Shown in pieces: positions 34,413-44,875 of a DNA stretch of 64,000 bases. The notes beneath the pieces are model-generated. The model had not been told where the DNA came from, did not search any database, and saw nothing but the letters and a program-made list of their open reading frames with translations. Numbering within the stretch: position 1 is the first letter of the stretch; each line of letters begins with the position of its first letter. Location of the stretch: positions 1,662-65,661 of the forward strand of contig DAOUJK010000006.1 in NCBI GenBank assembly GCA_034422795.1, read 5' to 3'. The DNA comes from Dehalococcoidia bacterium. Lineage in GTDB: Bacteria; Chloroflexota; Dehalococcoidia; Lucifugimonadales; Australimonadaceae. A program made the position numbers and the translations under genes.

Positions 34413-34816
34413 TACTCCTCGACACCGATGTTCTACTGGACGTAGCCCTCAGGCGGCAGCCCCATGCCACGACGGCGGTTGAACTGCTCAATCGCTTCCA
34501 ACGCGGCGAGGAGAGGGTGTTCCTAGCCTGGCACACCGTCTCCAACCTCTTCTATCTCATCGCACGCGAACGAGAAGCGGCTACTGCCCGGGATTTCATC
34601 CTGGAGCTCATCCGGTTCGTCCAGATCGCCCCTACCAGCACCGAGGCTATCCGATACGCCGCATCGCTTCCGATGGATGATTTCGAGGATGCGATGCAGG
34701 TGGCTGCGGCGCGGGCATGCGGGGCGGAGTACATCGTCACGCGGAACCTGAGCGACTTCGAACGCTCCCCTATCCCCGCGCTCACTCCACAGGAGGCACT
34801 CGCCCGGCTGCGCTGA
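34409..34816 (+). CDS. vapC: PIN-domain toxin VapC
   Basis: VILLDTDVLLD..., ...DDFEDAMQVAAA..., YIVTRNLSDF carry the PIN acidic residues. GTG start overlaps the antitoxin stop. Confidence 0.85.
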   Translation: MILLDTDVLLDVALRRQPHATTAVELLNRFQRGEERVFLAWHTVSNLFYLIAREREAATARDFILELIRFVQIAPTSTEAIRYAASLPMDDFEDAMQVAAARACGAEYIVTRNLSDFERSPIPALTPQEALARLR

Positions 34817-34879
34817 TAGTGGCTGTCCCACCCGCTTCTCGCGTTGACCGTGTGCACGCGCACGCCTAGACTCACTTCC

Positions 34880-36961
34880 ATGTCCATCTACCGCTACTCC
34901 CGATGGGACGGATCGCAGGACGTCGCCCTCCCCACGACCGACGACCTGTTCGACCGCCTCTCCGAGCAGATCCTGCAGGGCGACGACCTGCGCGGGGCGC
35001 TCAACCGGATGATGCGCTACGGCATGCGGGGCGAGGGGCAGCGCGGCCAGGGACTGCAGGAGCTGCTCGAACGGCTCCGCGACGCCCGCCAGCGCAACCT
35101 CGACCGCTACGACCTCTCGTCCATCTTCGACGACATCCAGGAGCGGCTCGACGCCATCGTCGACAAGGAGCGCTCGGGCATCAACCAGCGTCTCGACGAG
35201 CTGGCGCCGTCGTCCGACGGCGACGCGCAAGGCGGGAGCGGGCAGGACGGCGAAGGCGAAGAGGGCCAGGGCCAGCCTGGAGGGAGCGGGGCGCCGCCGG
35301 ACGAGTTCACTGACATGCTGCGGCAGATGGCGGACCGTCATCTCAACCAGTTGGACCGGCTGCCGCAGGGCGCGGGCGGGCGCATCAAGCAGCTGCGCGA
35401 CTACGACTTCATGGACAGCGGTGCGCGCGAGGACTTCGACGCGCTCATGCAGGAGCTGCAGCAGCAGTTCCTCCAGCAGTACTTCCAGGGGATGCAGGAG
35501 AGCCTCCAGAACCTGACGCAGGGCGACCTCGCGCAGATATCGGAGATGGTGCGCGACCTCAACGAACTGGTGAAGCAGAAGCTGCAGGGCGACGACCCGG
35601 ACATCAGCGACTTCATGAACAAGCGGGGACACATGTTCCCGCCGGGCATCGAGACGTTCGACCAGCTGATGGAGTACATGTCCAACCAGATGGCGCAGAT
35701 GCAGTCGCTCATGAACTCGATGACGCCGGAGATGCGGCGCCAGCTCGAGGAGATGATGGACGGCCTCCTGCAGGACAACCGCCTCGCGTGGGACCTGTTC
35801 GAGCTCGGCATGAACCTCGAGCGGATGAACCCGGACAGCTTCCCGGACAACGACTTCCGGCTGTTCGGCGACGAGCCCGTCACTCTGCAGCAGGCGCTCC
35901 AACTGATGGGCGACCTGAACGACATGGAGGAGCTGGAGCAGCAGTTGCGCCACGCGCTCCGCACGAACGACGCCACGAACATAGACGCCGACGACCTCGG
36001 CAAGGTGCTGGGCGAGGAGGCGCGACAGTACGCGCAGGAGCTGCAGCGCCTCACGAAGGAGCTGGAGGAGGCGGGGCTGATCCGCAAGCGCGGGCAGAAC
36101 GGCTGGGAGCTGACGCCGCAGGCGATGCGGAAGATCGGCGACAAGGCGCTCACCGACATCTTCAACCGCATCCGCGGCGGCGACATCGGCGACCACAACC
36201 GCGAGAAGAGCGGCGTCGGCGTCGAGATCACGGACGAGACGAAGCGGTGGGAGTTCGGCGACCCGCTCCACCTGAACACGCTCAAGACGGTGAGCAACGC
36301 CGTGCTCCGCGAGGGGCCGGGAACGCCCGTGCGCATCAGGCCGGACGACTTCGAGATAGACCGCACTATCGCGCAGACGCGCGCCTGCACGGTCATCGCC
36401 ATCGACATGAGCTACTCGATGTTCTGGGACGGCGCGTTCCAGGCCGGCCAGCGCGTCGGGCTGGCGCTCGACACGCTCATCCGCTCCAAGTTCCCGAAGG
36501 ACCAGGTGACGGTCGTCGCGTTCTCCTACTTCGTGCTGCCGCTCCAGCCGCACATGCTGCTCGACACGTACTGGGTGGAGTTCGGCGGCGGCACGAACTT
36601 CCAGGAGGTGCTGCGCCAGTCACGGCAGATCCTCGGCAGGCAGGGCGGCACGAACAAGCAGATCATCCTCATCACGGACGGCGAGCCCACCACGTACAAC
36701 TGGACGGAGAGCGACCTGCGCGCGAACTACGGGCGGCGGGGCGGCGGGCTCGTCGAGGCGACGATGCGCGAGGTGATGCGCTGCACGCGCGACAACATCA
36801 CCATCAACACGTTCATGCTGGACCAGAGCCCTTCGCTGCTGCGGTTCGTGCAGCTGATGACGAAGATCAACAAGGGCCGCGCGTTCATCTCCAGCCCGCA
36901 CAGCCTGGGCTCCTACGTCGTCGCGGACTACGTCTCGAACCGGAACAAGGTCATCCGGTAG
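34880..36961 (+). CDS. large von Willebrand factor type A (VWA) domain protein
   Basis: N-terminal MSIYRYSRWDGSQD, long Q/E-rich helical middle, C-terminal VWA with MIDAS-like VIAIDMSYSM and ILITDGEPT. Confidence 0.8.
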   Translation: MSIYRYSRWDGSQDVALPTTDDLFDRLSEQILQGDDLRGALNRMMRYGMRGEGQRGQGLQELLERLRDARQRNLDRYDLSSIFDDIQERLDAIVDKERSGINQRLDELAPSSDGDAQGGSGQDGEGEEGQGQPGGSGAPPDEFTDMLRQMADRHLNQLDRLPQGAGGRIKQLRDYDFMDSGAREDFDALMQELQQQFLQQYFQGMQESLQNLTQGDLAQISEMVRDLNELVKQKLQGDDPDISDFMNKRGHMFPPGIETFDQLMEYMSNQMAQMQSLMNSMTPEMRRQLEEMMDGLLQDNRLAWDLFELGMNLERMNPDSFPDNDFRLFGDEPVTLQQALQLMGDLNDMEELEQQLRHALRTNDATNIDADDLGKVLGEEARQYAQELQRLTKELEEAGLIRKRGQNGWELTPQAMRKIGDKALTDIFNRIRGGDIGDHNREKSGVGVEITDETKRWEFGDPLHLNTLKTVSNAVLREGPGTPVRIRPDDFEIDRTIAQTRACTVIAIDMSYSMFWDGAFQAGQRVGLALDTLIRSKFPKDQVTVVAFSYFVLPLQPHMLLDTYWVEFGGGTNFQEVLRQSRQILGRQGGTNKQIILITDGEPTTYNWTESDLRANYGRRGGGLVEATMREVMRCTRDNITINTFMLDQSPSLLRFVQLMTKINKGRAFISSPHSLGSYVVADYVSNRNKVIR

Positions 36962-37026
36962 GGGGCGGTCGGCTGGGCCTGCGGGACCGCGCTTCAGCGG
37001 CCCCAGCCCCGGAGATGGGGGCGTTA

Positions 37027-38454
37027 CTACGGCGCGCAATGTTCGATGCGAGGCAGGTCGCCGGGCTGCGCCGGAAGCCTGATCTCGATGCCAGCGACGC
37101 TTGCATCGTCTACGATCACCTCGAACGCCCGGCGGCGGTCAGTAGTGATTCCGCCGGAACCGTCGTACCAGCCAACGAACGTGCACCCTTCCCCTGGAGC
37201 ATAAACGTCCAGGGTAAATGACCCATTCGGAACCCTTACAGCGAACTTGCCGTCAGCCCCGGTCCTGCCGAACCCCGACGTTATTCGCTCTCCCTGCCAG
37301 ACCCACAGACCTATATCCGCCAGTGGTTTCCCGGCAGGCCCGGTCACAACTCCCTGGACCAGTGAGTGCAGTGGGGTATCGACGGTTTCGTGGCAGGAAG
37401 CCGAGACTACTCCATCTCCGAAGACTTCCTGGATCAGACCGGCAAGCACCGGGTCGTATTCCTCCAGTTCAGAACGGGTATTGATGTGGTTGTGGATCGG
37501 GCCGGGAGGGTCGTTCAGCCCGAACCAGGACTGCACGCCTTCAGCCCAATACTCGTCGGGGTTCGTTCCGGCGTAGGTGTCTGCCCACAGTCCGGCACGG
37601 AGAGCGTCCTCGTAGGCTGCTTCGAGCCTGTCGCGGAACTCCCGTCCTCCGGTCTGAAGTTCGATGCCCATGTTGAGCACCCCATGGGCAAACTCGTGAA
37701 CGACTATGTCCTCATACGGGAAAACGTCATTCTCGTAGCACAGGAGGTTCTCCTCGGCAACGACCACAACAGGAACGGCGAACGTTGGACCAACACCACC
37801 GCCACGTACTCTATCATCCCAGTACGAGCCGTCAAAATGGCTGAACTCCGGAAGTTCGGTCAACCCCGCGCCTTCGGCCATGATTGCAACTCGAACGCCC
37901 TGCTCCACCATGGTTGTGAGAACGTCCGGCCTCTCCTGGAGCATCTCTTCAATGATGGAGCGGGTCTGATACAACGCAGCGTCGGGCACTGCGGAGGAAG
38001 CTACGATCGGGAGGCCGCCTACGTCCAGATACTTCCGGTAGAACGAGTCCAGGCCAAGAGCAGCGGGAGGAGGAGGCAACGGTGGTATAGGCGTTGCCGT
38101 CGGCGTTGGAGTTGGTCTCGGTGTGGGCGTGGCGGTCGGCGTCGGAGTGCTGGTAGGCCTTGGTGTGGGCGTCGGCGTCGGTGTTGAAGTCGGCGTTGCC
38201 GTTGGGCTAGGCGTCGGCGTCGCGGTGGGTATGGGGGTGGGTGTCGGCGTGGCCGTCGGCGCTGGTGTGGCGGTGGGTGTCGGCGTAGCAGTCGGAGTTG
38301 CCGCCGGCGCCACCGTCGGAGTGGGAGAAGGGACCGCCGTTGGCGACAGTGCCGGCGGCGCTGTCGGCTCCGGCTGTGAGCACCCAGCAGCAAGCGCGAG
38401 CAGGGCCAGCGCCCCGGCACTCAGGCTCAGCAGGTTTGCGATGGGTCCCGGCAT
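37027..38454 (-). CDS. secreted lipoprotein, putative zinc metallopeptidase (HExxH) with Pro/Thr-rich linker and C-terminal carboxypeptidase-regulatory-like domain
   Basis: Signal/lipobox MPGPIANLLSLSAGALALLALAAGC, (PTxT)n linker, IVVHEFAHGV motif. Confidence 0.8.
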   Translation of the reverse strand: MPGPIANLLSLSAGALALLALAAGCSQPEPTAPPALSPTAVPSPTPTVAPAATPTATPTPTATPAPTATPTPTPIPTATPTPSPTATPTSTPTPTPTPRPTSTPTPTATPTPRPTPTPTATPIPPLPPPPAALGLDSFYRKYLDVGGLPIVASSAVPDAALYQTRSIIEEMLQERPDVLTTMVEQGVRVAIMAEGAGLTELPEFSHFDGSYWDDRVRGGGVGPTFAVPVVVVAEENLLCYENDVFPYEDIVVHEFAHGVLNMGIELQTGGREFRDRLEAAYEDALRAGLWADTYAGTNPDEYWAEGVQSWFGLNDPPGPIHNHINTRSELEEYDPVLAGLIQEVFGDGVVSASCHETVDTPLHSLVQGVVTGPAGKPLADIGLWVWQGERITSGFGRTGADGKFAVRVPNGSFTLDVYAPGEGCTFVGWYDGSGGITTDRRRAFEVIVDDASVAGIEIRLPAQPGDLPRIEHCAP

Positions 38455-38503
38455 CTCCGTCCTTCCCGTACGTCGTGTCAGACTAGGTCTCGAACCGGGC
38501 GTC

Positions 38504-41500
38504 CTATTCCTTCTTCTCCTCGTCCTCGGCTGTGCGCTCCTCGGCGCTCTCTACCGCACTTTCATCAGTGACATCTTCATCGGCTTCCTGTTCCTCACCC
38601 ATGGCTGCGCTCTCTTCCGTTGTGTCCCCGGGTACGTCTTCTGCTGCAGTGTCCTCTGCGGTCTCCGCCGCGGTCTCCCCGGTTCCCGGACGCTGGGCAT
38701 GAGGACCGGCGGCTCCTCCTGCGGCGACGGCTCCGGGCCGCCGCCAGATGCGCAATGCGATCGCTCCTCCAACGACAGCCACGCCCAGCAGCGTCAGCAA
38801 CAACGCCTGGGGTCGCATGCCGCCGATAACGACACCGATCGTCCGGTCCGTGATCTCCAACATCTTGGCCGCCAGTATGGCGTCTACCCGTTCATCTCCC
38901 TGGGCCTGGGCCGCTTCCGCGACCGCATCAGCGTGGGCGCCGGACACTGCGCCACTCGGGACAGCGGCGATCAGAGTGATCAGGAGCACTCCCAACGCCG
39001 CGGCCAGGAGGACGCCGCCCGCCCAGCCGAGTCGCCCAGCCCACGAACGTCCCCCGAGGAAGCCGGCGACGACGACCAGCACGAGCGACACCGCAAGCAG
39101 CAGCGGCCCCATTACCCGCAGGCGGTTCAGCCAGCTTCGCCCCAGGTCCAGGACCTCCTGGGAGTCAGCCGAGTCCGGGCCCGCAATGGCCTCCAGCAGG
39201 TCTTCCTCTGTCCACGCCCAGCCCTCGCTGAACCCCTCGCGCACGACGTCCACGCCGTCCAGCAGCCCGGCCTCTCCCAGCGCATTCCGCAGGTCCTCCT
39301 CGGTGACGGTCCAGCCGTCCCGCATGGCTTCGCGCACCTCGGTAACGAGGTCCTCGTCCTCGGCACCCTGGGTTGATTCGGTGATGTCCTGGTGCGTGAA
39401 GGTAAAGTCGTCAGGGGCCATATCGTGGATGGCTGTGCTCAGCAATGTTTCAACGTCAACACCCGAGGCCCCGAGGAAATCGCCGGCTGTGAAGCCCTCT
39501 CGCCGGCACAGGTCCACTGGGTTGCCTTGCGCCAGCGCCCGCGCTTGGGCAGGGGTGCACTGGGGCGCAGCGGCCAGGAGGTCCGTGTATCTCTCCTCTA
39601 CGGTTGCGGCAAGTATCCCCACGGCAGCATCCGTGGGTTCCAGCAGGCTCACGGTCAGCTGGAACTCGTCGCCTCGGCCGGAGACATAGCGCGCCACGGC
39701 GTCCACCACGTCCCGGGTCTCGGTGTGAAGCCACTCCGAGGTGATTGCCGCGTCGATGGCCTGCCGGATCTCCCCCTGGGAGACCACAACGTCAAACGGC
39801 AAGGTCACGTCCGCAGTCACGTACTCTTCCAGGGTCGGCCCCAGCACCTCCTGTCGTACGTAGCCCGACAGGTCGGCGCGGTCCAGGATGGCGGTCAGCT
39901 CTTCCTCCAACGCCGGGGCGCGTTCGGAGAAATCGAAAGTGAAATTGAAGGAATCGCTGCGGCCCGTAAGGTAGGCGGCCAGGGCCTTGGACACCCCTGC
40001 CTGTTGTGACCGCAGGAATGATGGCGTCGCCACCCGCTCAAGGGACTCCAACGCTTCATCCGTGGTAAGCCGGATGCCCAAGGGCAGGTCCTGGCCGCTC
40101 AGCCTTTCCTCGACGGCCTCCGGCGCCTTCTCCTCAATGAGCCATTGGTGGAGGTCCACACGATCCGTGAGCGCGACGATGGCGGACTCGGCCGCTTCGG
40201 TCCGGTCGACGAGGCTGATCGTGAGTGTGAAGGAATCGGACTGGTCCAGCAGGTACGGCCCCAGGCTGTCGATCGTTCCTTCCACCTGCTCCTGCAGCCA
40301 CTCTGGCGGCAGTGCGTCCCGGAAGCTAGTCACCACAGTGCCGGCGTCCAGGTTGAACGCAGATGGCAACCCATCGCCGCTGCCCAGCTGTTCCTCCACG
40401 GCGGCGGGGAGAAGCTCGTCGTACAGGGAGTTGTAGATGTCGGCGCTTCGTAGCTGCTCCTCGTAGAAGTCGGAAGAGAGGACCGTGGTGGAGGTCTGCG
40501 ACGAGATCAGCGCCAGCGTGAGCACGGGCACAAGCACAAGCGCGAGCACGACAGCGAACGCCCGCCTGCAGACCATTGTCCGTCTGTTGCGAGGAGAGGA
40601 TGAACCCGCCGCTGCGCTCACCCCAGCGTCCCCGGGTGCGTCTTCCACTGCGCTCGCCTCTGCTGCGTGCTCTGGGGTCTCCGCCGCGCTCGCCTCGCTT
40701 TCCTCTGTGCTCTCTGCCGCTTCCTCCTCTCCTGCGCTCTCTTCCGCGTCCTCCGTTGCGGCGGCCCTGCGGCGTCGGCGCATCAGGAGGAAGAAGGCCG
40801 CAGCCCCCGCCACCAGCACGGCGATGGCCCCGACAGCCCCCAGCAGCGCGATCGGCGGGCCATCGCCCAGTCCGGCGGGCGCCGCTTCAGGCGTAGGCGT
40901 CGGTGTGGGCGCAGGCGTGGCCGTTGGCGTTGGCATCGCCACGGGAGCAACGGCGGGCGGCGGCGTGGGCGTGGCCTCAGGCGCAGGCGCACCTGCCTCT
41001 TCCCGCACCGCCTCAAGCACAACCTGCACTACGATGACCGTGAACGTCGCGAACCTGCTCACCGGCGCAGTCAGCGCCGCGCCCCCGCTATCGTCCAGCG
41101 ACAGCGCGGCGGGGAGCTCCGCCCACTCCTCACCGGGACCGTCGCGCGTCAGGACGGGGAGGCCATCCATCTCGTGCAGGCTGGTCAGCAGCGGCGCTCC
41201 GCCCACCGCCGTCACCTGATCGGCGGGCAATTGGAAGATCAGCGCTGCCGGAGCGTCCAACAGCGCGTCCGTCTCAGCGTTGCCTTCCGCGTCGAACAGG
41301 TCGACCGTGACGCACGGGAGGTCGAGGCCGGACGCCGCGCCGTCGTAGGAGCACGATTCCTCGTCCTCCTCGGCGTATACACTCACGCCGAACGGAGCGG
41401 CGCGCGAGCCTGCGGGGAAATCGAGCGTCACCGCGCCGTCGTCAGACCGCACCTGCGTCGCCGTGGAGGCTTCGACGCGGTGCACCACCGGCGCAGGGGT

Positions 41501-44500
41501 CGGCGTGGCCACTGGGGTGGGCGTAGGCGTCGCCGTGGGCCTTGGCCGGGGCGTCGGCGTTGGCCGGGGGCGCGGTGTTGCCGTCGGCGTCGGAGTGGGG
41601 GTTACCACGGTCACGTCCGGCGGGACCGGAAACGGAGGAGGCTCATCCGTGGGGTCCCCACGCGGTACAACCGTCGGCGTGGGAGTAGGGGTGTGCGCGG
41701 GCGTTGGAGTCGGCGTGGGAGTGGGCGTAGGCATCAGGGCCGGCGTAGGAGTAGGCGTAGGCACCTGCTGCTGGGGCAGGGTCTGAGCAGGGGTGGGCGT
41801 GGGCGCCGGCTCGGCCGTAGCCGTCCCGGTGACGGAGATGTGCAGCAATGGGGTACACTCCTCGCCCTCCAGTGTGGTCAGCGTCGCCGCGGGGAGCGCC
41901 GCGAACGCTTCCAAGGCGGCCCTGTTCGCGGTCCAGACGTCCTCGCGGAAGAGCTCGTTCCACTCCCGCCGCAGGAGCTCCTCCGTTGCTCGTTCCCGCT
42001 CGTCCTCCGTCTTCGTCGTATCGAAGGCGATAGTGAGCAGTTCCCCGAACACCTCTTCAGCGAAGGCCTCAATCTCATCCGAGAACGAATCTCCGGCGGG
42101 ACGCGCCTGGGATGCGCCGCTCACGACTCTCAACGCTTCCACGTTGGCGTTGTGGTACGTCGCAAGCTCCGGCAGCGGAACGATCTGGCGGTAGCTCTCC
42201 ACGACGCCGTTCAGGGCCGTCGCAAACGCGCCCCACGTGACGTCGGAGCCGCCGAGCGCTGCGGTGGCCGAACCGAACGCCGACCCGCACTGCTGCGCGT
42301 ATGCTTCGAGAGACAACGCGGCGCTCGAGGCGGGTGTCGGTGTAGGTGTCAGCGTGGAGGCAGGGGTCGGCGTAGGTGTCAGCGTGGGGGCAGGGGTCGG
42401 CGTAGCCGTCGGCGCAGGGGTCGGCGTAGGTGTGGGCGATGGCGTCGGGGTTGGTGTCGAGGTAGGAGTAGGCGTCGCGGTAGGTGTCGGGGTAGGCGTG
42501 GCGGCCTCCTGTGTCGCCCGGGCCGTGCTCCTGCGCTGATCGGCAACGCTTATGCCAAGACCCTTGAGCGCCGGGGACTGGCCGGATGTACCGAAGTCCC
42601 ATACGTCGCTGTCCCATGCGGCGTAGATCCCGGCGTCGGACGTGGGCGACTGCAACTCGCTGGTCGTCTTGCCGTCGCCGCCATCGCTATCAGACTGGCC
42701 GGATTTCTGGGTGTCCCAGTAGCTGGCTGTTATCGTTCCCTCGTAGTTGTCGCCCACCAGCCCGCCGACTGAATCTTCCCCGGACACCGCCCCCGTTGCG
42801 TAGCTGGCTGTTATCGTTCCCCTGTTGTTATCGCCCACCAGTCCGCCGACTAAATCTGTCCCGGACACCGCCCCCGTTGCGTAGCTGGCTGTTATCGTTC
42901 CCCTGTCGTTATCGCCCACCAGTCCACCGGCGCCCTCTTCGTTCCCGGACACCGCCCCCGTTGCGTAGCTGGCTGTTATCGTTCCCCTGTCGTTATCGCC
43001 CACCAGTCCACCGACCGACGTCAAGCCGGACACGGAACCTGTGACATAGCTCCCACTGATGAGGGAGTCCTGGGTGTCGTAGTCGCTGGATTCGGCCCGG
43101 CCTGTACTCCCAGCAAGCCCTCCCACATCGCCTTCGCCTTTCACGACGGCGCCTTCGAGTCCCAAGTTGCGTATCTCGCCACCCCAGACCTTGCCGAAGA
43201 GTCCAACGTTGTTGCTTCCGGAGCGGTCGATGTACAGGCCCGAGATAACGTGGGAATTGCCCTCGAACACAGCATGGAACGTAGCGAGGAACGGTGCGTC
43301 CCCGTCTTCGTCGTATCCTCTTCTGACGCTCTCTCCGTCTACAATGGGCTCCCATCCCGCACCGTCGTTCCAGTAGGTATCGCCGGCGATGTCGGTCCTG
43401 CCGTCGCCGTTGGTGTCGAAGTCCAGGTTGGTGGTCAACTCGTATCCCTTGCAGCCTGGGGGCGGGCAGCCCATACCGGTCTCCGCGTGGGGGAATGCCG
43501 TGTCGTATCCTCCAGTCCACCTGCGATCAGTCCGCCACCTACCGATCCTGTCGTTGGGGAGTGCCGCCTCGTAGGGGGTGTCCCTCCACGTCGTGGGAGA
43601 GCCGTCGCCGTCGAGGTCGTATCGGATGGCGTCCAACTGGGCAAGGCTGGATATGTCTATGAGGAGGTCGTTATCCGCGTCGTAGTCAATCGCGCTCGGG
43701 TCGTAGACGATGACCGGATACTCGGACGAGGTACCGAAATCCCACACATCGTTTCTGTCGCCGTCGCCGTCCAGGTCCAGGTCCCAGGCGAAGTAGATGC
43801 CGTCGTAGTCGGTGGGCGACTGCAACTCGCTGGTCGTCTTGCCGTCGCCGGCGGCGCTGGTGGACTGGCCGGATTTCTGGGTGTCCCAGTAGCTGGCTGT
43901 TACCGTTCCGCTCCGGTAATTGCCCACCAGCCCGCCGACGAGACTGCTCCCGGACACTGCGGACACCGCCCCCGTTGCATAGCTGGCTTCTATCGTTCCG
44001 ATCTGGGTGTGGCCCACCAGTCCGCCGATCTCCGATAAGCTCCCGGACACCGCCCCCGTTGCGTAGCTGGCTGTTATCGTTCCAGTGTTATAGGCCACCA
44101 GTCCGCCGACGAAATGGCGTCCTGACACCGGCCCCGTTGCATAGCTGGCTTCTATCGTTCCAGAGTTACTGCCCACCAGTCCGCCGGCGTTATCTCTCCC
44201 GGACACCCTCCCCCTTTTTGCATAGCTGGCTGTTATGGTTCCAGAGTTACTGCCCACCAATGCCCCAACTCTGTAGGAGCTGCCAGTGATCTCTGCGTCG
44301 TGCAGCCCCACGTTGCGAATCGTTCCCGATCTGCCGACTACGCCGAACAGTCCAACGTGGACCGATCTGTTGATGAACAGGCCCGAGATGGTGTTGCCGT
44401 TCCCCTCGAACGTGGCCGTGAACTGCGCGTCCTCAGTCCCGATGGGCTCCCAGCCCGCGCCCGTGTTGTACGGGGAAACGCCCAGGTTTATGCTGGCGGT

Positions 44501-44785
44501 CAGTTCGTAGCCGGTGCAGCCTGAGGACGGGCAGCCCATGCCGGTCGCCGCATTGGGAAACGCCGACGAGTAGTCGGACGCGTTCGCCGAAGCGGGCGTG
44601 CCGTCGCCGTCCAGGTCCCAGCGGATGGCGTTCAGCTGCGCCGCGCTCGCGACCTCGATCAGGCCGTCGTCATCGGCGTCGTAGTCGGTGGCGCTCTGCG
44701 CCAGCGCGACCGCACAGGCCGCCAGGGCCAGCAGCAGCGCGAGCGCTCCGCTCAGGCTCAACAGGTTTGCGATGGGTCTCGGCAT
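38504..44785 (-). CDS. ~2100-aa GLUG-repeat cell-surface/membrane protein
   Basis: Signal MPRPIANLLSLSGALALLLALAAC. Two blocks of DYDADxDxLIxxxSxAQLxAIRxDLDGDG followed by many GGLVG...GTITASYATGAVSG (GLUG-type) repeats. PT-rich linkers, about 5 TM helices, acidic C-terminal tail. Start could be 44785, 44812 or GTG 44833. Confidence 0.85.
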   Translation of the reverse strand: MPRPIANLLSLSGALALLLALAACAVALAQSATDYDADDDGLIEVASAAQLNAIRWDLDGDGTPASANASDYSSAFPNAATGMGCPSSGCTGYELTASINLGVSPYNTGAGWEPIGTEDAQFTATFEGNGNTISGLFINRSVHVGLFGVVGRSGTIRNVGLHDAEITGSSYRVGALVGSNSGTITASYAKRGRVSGRDNAGGLVGSNSGTIEASYATGPVSGRHFVGGLVAYNTGTITASYATGAVSGSLSEIGGLVGHTQIGTIEASYATGAVSAVSGSSLVGGLVGNYRSGTVTASYWDTQKSGQSTSAAGDGKTTSELQSPTDYDGIYFAWDLDLDGDGDRNDVWDFGTSSEYPVIVYDPSAIDYDADNDLLIDISSLAQLDAIRYDLDGDGSPTTWRDTPYEAALPNDRIGRWRTDRRWTGGYDTAFPHAETGMGCPPPGCKGYELTTNLDFDTNGDGRTDIAGDTYWNDGAGWEPIVDGESVRRGYDEDGDAPFLATFHAVFEGNSHVISGLYIDRSGSNNVGLFGKVWGGEIRNLGLEGAVVKGEGDVGGLAGSTGRAESSDYDTQDSLISGSYVTGSVSGLTSVGGLVGDNDRGTITASYATGAVSGNEEGAGGLVGDNDRGTITASYATGAVSGTDLVGGLVGDNNRGTITASYATGAVSGEDSVGGLVGDNYEGTITASYWDTQKSGQSDSDGGDGKTTSELQSPTSDAGIYAAWDSDVWDFGTSGQSPALKGLGISVADQRRSTARATQEAATPTPTPTATPTPTSTPTPTPSPTPTPTPAPTATPTPAPTLTPTPTPASTLTPTPTPASSAALSLEAYAQQCGSAFGSATAALGGSDVTWGAFATALNGVVESYRQIVPLPELATYHNANVEALRVVSGASQARPAGDSFSDEIEAFAEEVFGELLTIAFDTTKTEDERERATEELLRREWNELFREDVWTANRAALEAFAALPAATLTTLEGEECTPLLHISVTGTATAEPAPTPTPAQTLPQQQVPTPTPTPALMPTPTPTPTPTPAHTPTPTPTVVPRGDPTDEPPPFPVPPDVTVVTPTPTPTATPRPRPTPTPRPRPTATPTPTPVATPTPAPVVHRVEASTATQVRSDDGAVTLDFPAGSRAAPFGVSVYAEEDEESCSYDGAASGLDLPCVTVDLFDAEGNAETDALLDAPAALIFQLPADQVTAVGGAPLLTSLHEMDGLPVLTRDGPGEEWAELPAALSLDDSGGAALTAPVSRFATFTVIVVQVVLEAVREEAGAPAPEATPTPPPAVAPVAMPTPTATPAPTPTPTPEAAPAGLGDGPPIALLGAVGAIAVLVAGAAAFFLLMRRRRRAAATEDAEESAGEEEAAESTEESEASAAETPEHAAEASAVEDAPGDAGVSAAAGSSSPRNRRTMVCRRAFAVVLALVLVPVLTLALISSQTSTTVLSSDFYEEQLRSADIYNSLYDELLPAAVEEQLGSGDGLPSAFNLDAGTVVTSFRDALPPEWLQEQVEGTIDSLGPYLLDQSDSFTLTISLVDRTEAAESAIVALTDRVDLHQWLIEEKAPEAVEERLSGQDLPLGIRLTTDEALESLERVATPSFLRSQQAGVSKALAAYLTGRSDSFNFTFDFSERAPALEEELTAILDRADLSGYVRQEVLGPTLEEYVTADVTLPFDVVVSQGEIRQAIDAAITSEWLHTETRDVVDAVARYVSGRGDEFQLTVSLLEPTDAAVGILAATVEERYTDLLAAAPQCTPAQARALAQGNPVDLCRREGFTAGDFLGASGVDVETLLSTAIHDMAPDDFTFTHQDITESTQGAEDEDLVTEVREAMRDGWTVTEEDLRNALGEAGLLDGVDVVREGFSEGWAWTEEDLLEAIAGPDSADSQEVLDLGRSWLNRLRVMGPLLLAVSLVLVVVAGFLGGRSWAGRLGWAGGVLLAAALGVLLITLIAAVPSGAVSGAHADAVAEAAQAQGDERVDAILAAKMLEITDRTIGVVIGGMRPQALLLTLLGVAVVGGAIALRIWRRPGAVAAGGAAGPHAQRPGTGETAAETAEDTAAEDVPGDTTEESAAMGEEQEADEDVTDESAVESAEERTAEDEEKKE

Positions 44786-44875
44786 CTCCGTCTTCCTCGC
44801 GTTGTCGCGCATCGGTTCACTTTCCGCGTGCACTCCATAGCAACATCATCTTGCGGCAGGCGCGGACACGGTCCA

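Noticed and set aside
38123-39376. Plus-strand ORFs encoding (GVGV)n/(VAVG)n strings (38123..39376, 41463..41786, 42237..42539).
   Set aside because: They are the antisense reading of the Pro/Thr-rich linker-coding repeats in the metalloprotease and GLUG-repeat genes.
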